DNA from: Gemmatimonadaceae bacterium | GTDB taxonomy: Bacteria > Gemmatimonadota > Gemmatimonadetes > Gemmatimonadales > Gemmatimonadaceae | Assembly (NCBI GenBank): GCA_051306215.1 | Contig: JBPPMU010000216.1 | Location: 1-55,302 of the forward strand | Direction of reading: 5' to 3' | Length of the DNA: 55,302 bases | Part shown: positions 10,674-18,862 of the stretch, piece by piece | Layout of the letters: the number at the start of each line of letters is the position of its first letter | Position numbering within the stretch: the stretch's first letter is position 1 | Notes under the pieces: model-generated | Database searches by the model: none | Told to the model about the DNA's origin: nothing | The model's input: the letters and a program-made list of their open reading frames with translations, nothing else | Translations under genes and position numbers: made by a program

Positions 10674-11309
10674 ATGATCGTCGTTCTGCTGGGACCGCCC
10701 GGCGCGGGCAAGGGAACCCAGGGCGAAATCCTTGCTGACCGGCTCGGCCTGCCGAAGATCGCGACCGGGGACGTCCTCAGGTCGGCGGTGCGCGACGGGA
10801 CGGAGCAGGGCCGCGCGGCGAAGGAGTACATGGATCGCGGAGACCTCGTTCCCGATTCCGTCATTCTCGGCATAATTAAGGAAGTCATGGGATCGCCGTC
10901 CACTGCGAAGGGCGCCATTCTCGACGGTGTCGTCCGCACGGTTCCCCAGGCGGACGGACTCACCACAATGCTCGCCGAGCTTGGCCGCAAGGTCGACATG
11001 TTTCTGCTGTTCGACGTTGACGACGACGAGCTCGTGAAGCGCCTTGGCGGCAGAACTGTCTGCGACAGCTGCCAGACGCCGTACAGAGGGCTCGAGCCGG
11101 GCACGAATTGCGCGAAGTGCGGCGGGAAACTCGTGCGCCGGAAGGACGATGAACCCGAATCGATCAGGAATCGCCTCGAAGTGTATCGGGCGCAGACAGA
11201 GCCGGTCATAGAGTGGGTGAAGGACAAGGGGCTGCCGCTCGAGAAGATCGACGCCGACGGGGACCTCGAAGAGGTGAGCGCGCGCGCCCTGAAAGCGCTG
11301 GAATTGTGA
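10674..11309 (+). CDS. adk: Adenylate kinase with zinc-binding LID
   Basis: GPPGAGKGTQ P-loop; CDSC...CAKC LID; RKDD. Confidence 0.98.
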   Translation: MIVVLLGPPGAGKGTQGEILADRLGLPKIATGDVLRSAVRDGTEQGRAAKEYMDRGDLVPDSVILGIIKEVMGSPSTAKGAILDGVVRTVPQADGLTTMLAELGRKVDMFLLFDVDDDELVKRLGGRTVCDSCQTPYRGLEPGTNCAKCGGKLVRRKDDEPESIRNRLEVYRAQTEPVIEWVKDKGLPLEKIDADGDLEEVSARALKALEL

Positions 11310-12058
11310 TCCAGCTGAAGTCCCGGCGCGAAATCGAGGTGATGGCGCGGGGAGGGAAGATACTTGCAGCGACGCACGATCTTCTCGAACGATCGGTAAA
11401 ACCCGGAATGACCACGGCTGACCTTGACGAAATTGCCGAGGAGTTCATCCGCAGCCACTCCGGCGCGCTTCCTTCGTTCAAGGGGCTCTACAACTACCCT
11501 GCGAGCATCTGCAGCTCGATAAACAACGAGATCGTTCACGGTATCCCTTCGAAGAAGCGGGTGCTGAACGAGGGCGACATAGTTTCGATAGATGCCGGCG
11601 TTCTCTACGAGGGATACCACACTGACTCCGCGAGAACGCTCGCTGTTGGCAGTGTGAGTGACGAGTCAGCGCGGTTGCTTGCCGTAACCCGCGATTCGCT
11701 TCACGCAGGCGTAGCGGCCGCGACGGTTGGCAATCACCTCGGCGACATCGGATGCGCTGTGCAGCAGGTTGTCGAAGCGGCGGGTTTCAGCGTCGTTCGC
11801 GACCTCGTGGGCCACGGCATCGGCACAGCATTTCACGAGGAGCCGCAGGTCCCAAACTACGGCAAGCCGAAGCGCGGAATCCGACTGGTGCCGGGTCTGA
11901 CTCTGGCCATCGAGCCGATGGTGAACATCGGAAAACCCGGAATCAGGACAATGCCCGACAAGTGGACTGTCGTGACAGTCGACGGAACGCGGTCGGCACA
12001 CTTCGAGCATACCGTCGCCATCACCGACGACGGGCCGCGAATCCTGACTGCCGCGTAA
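11306..12058 (+). CDS. map: Type I methionine aminopeptidase
   Basis: SINNEIVHGIP, DSART, GHGIG..FHEEP, IEPM, SAHFEHT; GTG 11306 overlaps the adk stop (GTGA). Confidence 0.97.
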   Translation: MIQLKSRREIEVMARGGKILAATHDLLERSVKPGMTTADLDEIAEEFIRSHSGALPSFKGLYNYPASICSSINNEIVHGIPSKKRVLNEGDIVSIDAGVLYEGYHTDSARTLAVGSVSDESARLLAVTRDSLHAGVAAATVGNHLGDIGCAVQQVVEAAGFSVVRDLVGHGIGTAFHEEPQVPNYGKPKRGIRLVPGLTLAIEPMVNIGKPGIRTMPDKWTVVTVDGTRSAHFEHTVAITDDGPRILTAA

Positions 12059-12066
12059 CCTGGGCG

Positions 12067-13635
12067 CTACACCGCCAGAGCCTTCTCGACCGCCGACGCA
12101 GCGGCTTCCGCATGACCCGCTGCTTCCGCGACGAGCTCTGCAACTTCCTTCTCGAGATGTTCTCCGCTCGCCCGGTGTGACAGCGACGCAACGTTGACTC
12201 TCACGTTGTAAGCCGCCCCCCTGCAGCCTGCCTCGGCGAGCATTGCCGCGACACCGGCGTCGGTTATCGCGTTCGAGTTTCCTTTTCCGGCGACTGCCGC
12301 GGCGAGCGCAGCAGCCTGCACACAAAGGCGAGCCGTCTCGAGCGGCACTTCGGCAGCGCCAAGCAACGCCGTCTGGATGGCTTCTGAGCGGCCGTCCGGG
12401 TCGGAATCCTTCGGCAGCTTGTAGGCCGCCGAAACCGCCGTGTAGGCCTCAGCATCCCGCTCTACCAGTCGCGACAGGGCTTCCGCGAGGGCGTCGGCGT
12501 TGCCTGCAATGACGGTCATCTCCGCCTCGACCTGGGCATACTTCTTCCGGCCGAGTGTGAGGCCGGCGACCATTCGCACGAGTGCGGCCGAGAGCGCTCC
12601 CGCGTAGGCGGCGACGCTGCCTCCCCCGGGAACCGGATCCGACGATGCGACAGCGGCGAGAAAATCAGTCGCCGTTGTATGGGACGTCTCGGGGGCATGC
12701 GGCGACGCCTCGTTGGGCGCTAGATCCTCCGATGAGCGCATGGATCTCGCAACCTGCCGCTCGAGAACCTGGTCGGGCGTGAACTGCGCGAGATTGAGAT
12801 GACTCTTCGCGGCGTCGAACAGCACCCGCTCGGGAACGAGGCCGATTATCTCGCTCCACGTCACATCTACGCCCTCGGCCTTCGCTGTGTCCCTGATGAA
12901 CTCGTAGACGGTATGGAGCGCGGTCTGGTCAGTGTCGACGAGGTTCATCGAAACCTGCGACTGCCCGTCGACCTCCATTCCGAGACCTTTCACGGCCTTG
13001 AAGCCTCCCGATGACTCGCGCACGGATTTGGCGATTGTTTTCGCGAGCGGAAGTTTCTCTGCGGGGCCCAGGTAAACGTTGTACGCGACGAGAAACGGTC
13101 GCGCGCCGATCGCCGTTGCACCGGCAGACTCGTGAATCCGGTTGGGCCCGAAGTCGGGATCACGCTCGGGGTTTGTCCCGATCTCCCCGCTGATTCCCTC
13201 GAACTGTCCTCGCCGGACGTCAGCAAGGTTTACGCGGGTCGGTCGCGATGCTGCACGCTCGTAGAGGTAGACGGGAATACCGAGGTCGCTTCCGACCCGT
13301 TCTCCCAGCTCCTTTGCGAGGGCAATGCAGTCATCCATTGTCGAATCCTCGAGCGGAATGAAGGGCACGACATCAGTGGCCCCCATCCTCGGATGCTCGC
13401 CCTTGTGTTCGCGAAGGTCGATGAGGTCTGCCGCGATGCGGATTCCGGCGAAGGCTGCCTCGACTGCCTTGTCCGCCGTCGTCACGAACGTAATGACCGT
13501 CCTGTTATGCGACACGTCGGAGGAAGCATCGAGAATCGACACGCCTTCAACCGATGCAATGGCGTCGCGGATCGCCTGCACGACTTCGGGGCGCCGGCCT
13601 TCGGAAAAATTCGGTACACATTCGATGAGTTTCAT
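12067..13635 (-). CDS. ftcD: Bifunctional glutamate formiminotransferase / formiminotetrahydrofolate cyclodeaminase
   Basis: MKLIECVPNFSEGR, HNRTVIT, GEHPRMGATDVVPFIP; C-terminal cyclodeaminase motifs PVPGGGSVAA and GNSNAITDAGV. Confidence 0.95.
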   Translation of the reverse strand: MKLIECVPNFSEGRRPEVVQAIRDAIASVEGVSILDASSDVSHNRTVITFVTTADKAVEAAFAGIRIAADLIDLREHKGEHPRMGATDVVPFIPLEDSTMDDCIALAKELGERVGSDLGIPVYLYERAASRPTRVNLADVRRGQFEGISGEIGTNPERDPDFGPNRIHESAGATAIGARPFLVAYNVYLGPAEKLPLAKTIAKSVRESSGGFKAVKGLGMEVDGQSQVSMNLVDTDQTALHTVYEFIRDTAKAEGVDVTWSEIIGLVPERVLFDAAKSHLNLAQFTPDQVLERQVARSMRSSEDLAPNEASPHAPETSHTTATDFLAAVASSDPVPGGGSVAAYAGALSAALVRMVAGLTLGRKKYAQVEAEMTVIAGNADALAEALSRLVERDAEAYTAVSAAYKLPKDSDPDGRSEAIQTALLGAAEVPLETARLCVQAAALAAAVAGKGNSNAITDAGVAAMLAEAGCRGAAYNVRVNVASLSHRASGEHLEKEVAELVAEAAGHAEAAASAVEKALAV

Positions 13636-14483
13636 TATTTTTCACGCAAGGTTTCTGCGGCCGCATTTACGGTCTCGAGCAGCCACGGGTGAATGACAGG
13701 GTTGCCTGCAACGACTGGAGAGTGTGAAAGTGTGTAGGGGGATCCGTCGAGCCCGGTGACCAGTCCACCAGCCTCGCGAACGAGCAGCACGCCGGCGGCG
13801 ACATCCCACGGCGCGAGAATGAGCTCCCAGAAGCCGTCGAACCTGCCGCATGCAACATCAGCGAGATCCAGTGCTGCAGACCCTGCACGACGGATGCCGG
13901 AAGTGCCCCGGCTCACCTCGATGAACTGCCGTGAATACTCTTCGAGCAGCTCCGGAGTCTTGAAGGGAAACCCTGTCCCGATGAGGGCGCGTGAAGGATT
14001 CGTCGTCTCGCTGACCCGCACCAGCTCGCCATTGAGCCGCGTGCCGCGTCCATGGGCGGCGGTGAACAGGTCGCCCCGCTGCACGTTGAGGACCACCGCG
14101 GCGATCAGCTCCCGGTCATGGAGAACGCCGATCGACACGGCGTACTGCGGGTACGCGTGAAGAAAGTTCGTGGTGCCATCGAGCGGATCGACCACAAATG
14201 TCAGGCCTTCGCCGAACAATTCGGATGCCGGCGTCAGCTCCTCGCCCACGACCGCGGCATCGGGGAAAGCGGCAGCCACGACCTCGGCGATTCGTGACTC
14301 GGCGCCCCGGTCGACTTCCGTCACAAAGTCGGCCGTGCCTTTCTCGACCCATTCAAGCGCGCTCAGCCCCGGCGCTGCTTCCCGGATGAACTTGGCCGCC
14401 GACATCGCAGCCAGCACGGCGGTGTCGAGCGCGCGGCTCGAAAGCGATTCGTCGATGTCCCGGCCAGTGTAGTTTGCTTGCAA
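13635..14483 (-). CDS. suhB: Inositol monophosphatase family protein (SuhB-like)
   Basis: DFVTEVD, GEE, VDPLDGTTNF, RRAGSAALDL, WDVAAG; start uncertain (TTG 14483 after GAGAGG, or ATG 14501). Confidence 0.88.
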   Translation of the reverse strand: MQANYTGRDIDESLSSRALDTAVLAAMSAAKFIREAAPGLSALEWVEKGTADFVTEVDRGAESRIAEVVAAAFPDAAVVGEELTPASELFGEGLTFVVDPLDGTTNFLHAYPQYAVSIGVLHDRELIAAVVLNVQRGDLFTAAHGRGTRLNGELVRVSETTNPSRALIGTGFPFKTPELLEEYSRQFIEVSRGTSGIRRAGSAALDLADVACGRFDGFWELILAPWDVAAGVLLVREAGGLVTGLDGSPYTLSHSPVVAGNPVIHPWLLETVNAAAETLREK

Positions 14484-14507
14484 CGCGTTCCTCTCAACCA
14501 TTAACTT
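14478..14507 (+). promoter_or_regulatory. Putative sigma70 promoter for a leaderless trpS transcript
   Basis: TTGCAA (14478-83), 18 nt, TAACTT (14502-07), then 6 nt to ATG 14514; no SD. Confidence 0.5.
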
Positions 14508-14513
14508 CGGCCG

Positions 14514-15515
14514 ATGCCCACGTCCCGCATCTTCAGCGGCATCCAGCCGTCAGGTGAGCTGCACATCGGCAACTACCTCGGCGCCGTCAAGAACTGGGTT
14601 GCCCTGCAGCGGCAGTACGAGTCGTTCTTCTGCATCGTCGACTACCATGCCATCACCGTGCCGTACGAGCCTGATGACCTCAGGAAGCGCACGCGCGACA
14701 TGGCTGCTTCACTGCTCGCGTCGGGAGTTGATCCTGCAGCATGCACGCTCTTCGTGCAGTCCGCGGTGCCGGAACATACCGAACTCGCGTGGATATTCAA
14801 CACGATCACTCCCCTTGGTGAGCTCGAGCGGCAGACCCAGTTCAAGGACAAATCGGGCAGGCAGGAGAGCATAGCGGCAGGTCTTCTCAACTATCCCGTG
14901 CTTCAGGCAGCCGACATTCTTCTCTACAAGGCCGATCTCGTTCCCGTAGGCGAGGATCAGGTACAACATCTCGAGCTCTCGCGGGAAATATCGCGCAGGT
15001 GGAATTCGAGGTTCTGGCCCGGGTTCGACCCGGCCGAAGCGGGTTTCTTCCCCGAGCCCAAGCCGCTCCTCACTCCTACGCGGCGGATAATGGGTCTCGA
15101 CGGCCGGGCGAAGATGTCGAAATCCCTGGGCAACACAGTCGGGCTGCTCGAGGATCCCGCGAGCATCTGGGAGAAGCTTCGGCCCGCGATGACCGACCCG
15201 GCGCGCGTCAAGCGCACTGACCCGGGCACACCCGAGGTCTGCAACATCTATCATCTTCACAAGGCCTTCAGCCCTCCGGCGACAGTCGAGCATGTTGCGG
15301 TTCAATGCCGGACAGCGGGATGGGGTTGCATCGACTGCAAGAAAGTCCTTCTCGAATCAATGAACGCTGAGCTTGAGCCGATCAGGCAGCGCGCGGCTGA
15401 GGTGAATGCCAATCCCTCGCTGCTCGATGATGCTCTCGCATCCGGCGCGGCCCGCGCACGTGACGTTGCGGCAGAGACTATGCGCGAGACGAAACACCTG
15501 ATGGGACTGACCTGA
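14514..15515 (+). CDS. trpS: Tryptophan--tRNA ligase
   Basis: SGIQPSGELHIGNYLG, YPVLQAADIL, VPVGEDQ, KMSKS. Confidence 0.98.
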   Translation: MPTSRIFSGIQPSGELHIGNYLGAVKNWVALQRQYESFFCIVDYHAITVPYEPDDLRKRTRDMAASLLASGVDPAACTLFVQSAVPEHTELAWIFNTITPLGELERQTQFKDKSGRQESIAAGLLNYPVLQAADILLYKADLVPVGEDQVQHLELSREISRRWNSRFWPGFDPAEAGFFPEPKPLLTPTRRIMGLDGRAKMSKSLGNTVGLLEDPASIWEKLRPAMTDPARVKRTDPGTPEVCNIYHLHKAFSPPATVEHVAVQCRTAGWGCIDCKKVLLESMNAELEPIRQRAAEVNANPSLLDDALASGAARARDVAAETMRETKHLMGLT

Positions 15516-15523
15516 TCGCCGGA

Positions 15524-16639
15524 GTGCGTTCAGCGGGAATCGGGATTCTCCGGGAGCTCGCATCGTCACCGCGATTCGCCGGCAGTGAGGAAGAAGCGCG
15601 GGCGAGGGAATACTGCGCAGAGATCCTCAGGAAGGAGGGCTTCTCGACATACGAGGAGAAGTTCGACTACTCCGCCTTTCCCGCGAGTTGGGCACCGCCG
15701 CTGATCGCGCTCGTCCTGATCCTGACTAGCCTCGCGGTCGCGCGGATGGCGGACGCGGGCGCGGGCTTGATAGCGCCTGCCACGGGGATCGTTGTCGCCC
15801 TCCTGGCGGCCGCAGCCGGAAAGTATCTGTCGCGCGGTGCGGTGCTTGGTTTTCCGCTCATCAGAAGGTCGTCGATAAACCTTGTTGGCCTCCGGGCGCC
15901 CGAACAGACTCCTGAAGTATGGCTTGTCGCTCACCTCGACTCGAAATCGCAGACGATTCCCATGCTTGGGCGAATCGCGTCGGTGACCGTGTTCGCCGCG
16001 TTGTTCGGTCTTACGTTGCTGGCGCTGCTCTTCGCCCCGATGCTCCGGCTTCCGTCGCTGGTTCAGCTCGGTGTCAACACGTCTATTCTTTCCGCGATCA
16101 GTCTTCTGCCGCTCCTTGTCCTTTTCATCGGCAACAGATCGAACGGCGCGCTCGACAATGCGTCCGGTGTGGCAACTGTTCTTCTCGCTTTGCGCCGACT
16201 TCAGGGAAAAGACATCGGGGTTGTTTTCACGAGCGCGGAAGAGCTCGCCCTTGCCGGCGCCCGCGCATTCGTTGCCACCCGACGCGCTCCTGGCGTCGCG
16301 ATCAACTGCGACACGATCGACGATGCCGGCCGGTTCCTTCTAATGAAAAGCGGGACAGTCTCCCGCCGGGTTGAGGAAGCGGTAGGGCGCGCGTGCAGCC
16401 GGAGGGAGATAAGAGAAATACAGGGGGATGCTCCGCGCCTCAGGGGCATGCTCCCCGGTGTAATGGCGGATAACATCGCGTTCTCGCAGGCTGGCTGGGA
16501 GTCGTTCACGATCAGTCGCGGAAACCTGCGCACCCTCGCCCGCGTACATACTACCGGGGACAACGCGGGCTCCATGGAGGGGCGCGGGGTCGACCAGGCA
16601 GCTCTCCTTATCGCGGCTATCGTCGAGGAACTTCACTGA
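15524..16639 (+). CDS. Membrane-embedded M28-family metallopeptidase
   Basis: VAHLDSK, GALDNASG, AEE, HTTGD metal-ligand motifs plus about 4 hydrophobic segments. Confidence 0.8.
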   Translation: MRSAGIGILRELASSPRFAGSEEEARAREYCAEILRKEGFSTYEEKFDYSAFPASWAPPLIALVLILTSLAVARMADAGAGLIAPATGIVVALLAAAAGKYLSRGAVLGFPLIRRSSINLVGLRAPEQTPEVWLVAHLDSKSQTIPMLGRIASVTVFAALFGLTLLALLFAPMLRLPSLVQLGVNTSILSAISLLPLLVLFIGNRSNGALDNASGVATVLLALRRLQGKDIGVVFTSAEELALAGARAFVATRRAPGVAINCDTIDDAGRFLLMKSGTVSRRVEEAVGRACSRREIREIQGDAPRLRGMLPGVMADNIAFSQAGWESFTISRGNLRTLARVHTTGDNAGSMEGRGVDQAALLIAAIVEELH

Positions 16640-17130
16640 TGGCACTGCTACTTCTGACCGCAGTACTCGTTGTCTCGCTGGTCCTGATCCCGCTGGGCCT
16701 CCCGGGGCTGTGGATCATGATCGCCAGCGCGGCCGCATACAATTTCCTGGTCGAAACAAGCCCGATCAGCTGGGTGACGATAGTCGGCATCGCCCTGCTC
16801 GGCCTCGTTGCGGAGTGGTTCGAGTTCACCCTGTCGGGGAAATACGCCCGGAAGTACGGCGGCTCCCGGCGGGCTGGCTGGGGGGCAATCATCGGCGGAA
16901 TGCTGGGTGCGTTCATGGGAATTCCAGTTCCCATTCTCGGCCCGGTAATCGGCGCATTCGTGGGAAGTTTTGCCGGAGCCCTTATCGGTGAGCTGAGCAC
17001 AGGCTCCACCGGGGCTGCGTCAACCCGCGCGGCTACAGGTGCGCTCATCGGCCGCGCCCTGGCAACCGCGATGAAGGTTGGCGTGGGGTTCGCCATCGGC
17101 ATCTGGATATTCCTTGCTGCACTTGGCTGA
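16639..17130 (+). CDS. DUF456-family membrane protein
   Basis: LPGLW, A(R)KYGGSRRAGWGAIIG, GPVIGAFVG pattern; Gly-rich and hydrophobic. Confidence 0.8.
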   Translation: MALLLLTAVLVVSLVLIPLGLPGLWIMIASAAAYNFLVETSPISWVTIVGIALLGLVAEWFEFTLSGKYARKYGGSRRAGWGAIIGGMLGAFMGIPVPILGPVIGAFVGSFAGALIGELSTGSTGAASTRAATGALIGRALATAMKVGVGFAIGIWIFLAALG

Positions 17131-17169
17131 GGCAGCGGTCGGATCGCCAGGGTTTCGCGCTCCCCCTGA

Positions 17170-17197
17170 TTGACACTCACTATCTCGTCCGTAGATT
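17170..17197 (+). promoter_or_regulatory. Putative sigma70 promoter of purA
   Basis: TTGACA (17170-75), 16 nt, TAGATT (17192-97). Confidence 0.6.
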
Positions 17198-17202
17198 GAC
17201 TC

Positions 17203-17235
17203 AACGCCCCGGCAGACGCCGGGGCGTTTCCTTTT
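17203..17235 (+). terminator. Terminator-like hairpin upstream of purA
   Basis: Perfect 11-bp stem AACGCCCCGGC-AGAC-GCCGGGGCGTT followed by TCCTTTT. Confidence 0.6.
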
Positions 17236-17246
17236 ACGCAGACTGA

Positions 17247-18527
17247 ATGTTCGACTCGAGCACACGTACCGTGGTCATAGTGGGCGCCCAATGGGGCGAC
17301 GAAGGGAAGGGAAAACTCGTCGACGTTCTCGCCGAGCGGGCGCACTGGGTCGTGCGCTACCAGGGAGGCGCGAACGCCGGGCATACCGTGCACATCGGCG
17401 ACAGGTCATTCGTGCTCCACCAGATCCCGAGCGGCATTCTGCATCCCGGTGTTCGCTGCGCAATCGGCAACGGCGTGGTGCTGGATCCCGATACACTGTT
17501 CACCGAGATCGACGAGCTGATTGCCGATGGGGTCGACGTCCAGGGCAGGCTTTATGTCAGCGACCGGGCTCACCTGGTCCTGCCCTATCACAAGCTCATT
17601 GACTCGCTGAGCTCGGCCAGCCGCGAGATCGGCACGACGGGGCGCGGGATCGGTCCGGCCTACGAGGACAAGATCGCCCGGCGCGGGGTCAGGGTGCTCG
17701 ACCTGAGGCATCCGGAGCGGCTTCGCGCCCTCGTCGAGAAAGGCGTGTCTCACGCCAATGCGGTGCTCACCGCGTTCGGGGTGAGTGAGCGGGCTTCTGT
17801 AGACTCGACGGTGAGCCTTCTCGAGCGGCTTGCTCCTCGCATTCTCCCGATCACCGAGGATGTAGGCCTCGTCATTCACAGGGCGATAACGAGCGGGGCA
17901 AACGTCCTGCTCGAGGGCGCGCAGGGATCGCTCCTCGACGTCGACCATGGCACCTATCCGTTCGTCACTTCGAGCAGCACGACCTCAGGGGGTGCGGCGA
18001 TCGGTGTCGGCATCGCTCCGACAGCGATCCACGCCGCCCTGGGTATCGTCAAGGCGTACACGACGCGCGTTGGCAACGGTCCGCTTCCGACTGAGCTTGG
18101 GGAGGAAGATGGTGAGCGCATGCGGACGCTGGGCAACGAGTTCGGGGCGACGACCGGCCGTCCGCGGAGATGCGGGTGGTTCGACGGTGTCGTCGTTCGC
18201 TATGCAGCAAGAGTCAACGGCCTGACCGGCCTTGCTGTCACCAAGCTGGACGTCCTCGATACTTTCGAAAAAGTCGCCCTCTGCACCGGTTATAAGGTTG
18301 GCGATCGGCTCCATACCGAGTTTCCGGGAGACCTCGCCGACCTCGAAGGCGCCGAGCCGCAGTACGAGTGGATGGAAGGGTGGCAGACTTCGACTGCCGA
18401 CGCGCGCTCGGTGAGCGACCTGCCCGGCGCGGCGAAAAAATATCTCGACCGCATCGAATCGATTGTGGAGACTCCCATCGCGTATGTTAGCGTGGGAACC
18501 AGGCGGGATCAGATAATCTCGGTATAG
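17247..18527 (+). CDS. purA: Adenylosuccinate synthetase
   Basis: GAQWGDEGKGK, RYQGGANAGHT, EGAQG, EFGATTGRPRRCGW. Confidence 0.99.
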   Translation: MFDSSTRTVVIVGAQWGDEGKGKLVDVLAERAHWVVRYQGGANAGHTVHIGDRSFVLHQIPSGILHPGVRCAIGNGVVLDPDTLFTEIDELIADGVDVQGRLYVSDRAHLVLPYHKLIDSLSSASREIGTTGRGIGPAYEDKIARRGVRVLDLRHPERLRALVEKGVSHANAVLTAFGVSERASVDSTVSLLERLAPRILPITEDVGLVIHRAITSGANVLLEGAQGSLLDVDHGTYPFVTSSSTTSGGAAIGVGIAPTAIHAALGIVKAYTTRVGNGPLPTELGEEDGERMRTLGNEFGATTGRPRRCGWFDGVVVRYAARVNGLTGLAVTKLDVLDTFEKVALCTGYKVGDRLHTEFPGDLADLEGAEPQYEWMEGWQTSTADARSVSDLPGAAKKYLDRIESIVETPIAYVSVGTRRDQIISV

Positions 18528-18592
18528 ACCAGGAGTCTCGTCTCCGGTGTGATCGTAATGGATTTGCCAGGTGATGGTTGCGACTCCGAACT

Positions 18593-18769
18593 GAGGATTT
18601 TGCGGCCTCAGGACAAAGCGCCACCGAGGATCCACGATTAAGCGAGGACAGAGGAGAGGCGCGTGACGCGCCGGAAAAACGGGCCCCAATGCAGGTCTGC
18701 GCTTATCCTCCGTCCTCCCTTAATCGCAGATCAGCAATGGTCGTTGGTCCTGAGGCCGCAAGGGTCCTC
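18593..18769. repeat. Long imperfect inverted repeat (~70-nt arms, ~36-nt loop); structured ncRNA or miniature element
   Basis: Arms 18593-18662 and 18699-18769 are about three-quarters complementary by hand alignment, including a perfect 15-bp TTGCGGCCTCAGGAC / GTCCTGAGGCCGCAA. Confidence 0.85.
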
Positions 18770-18862
18770 GATCCGCAAACGCAGAGAACGTCTCCGAATT
18801 AACCCCGTACCTGCCGTGATACCCCTCGGTGTTGCAACATGTAAAGTCTATATTAGAAGCTT

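Noticed and set aside
18600-18700. Glycine riboswitch or T-box upstream of glyQS
   Set aside because: Fragments (CTCAGG, GGACAGAGGAGAG) resemble glycine aptamer words but are in the wrong order and CCGAAG is missing; no T-box consensus; the long inverted repeat explains the region better
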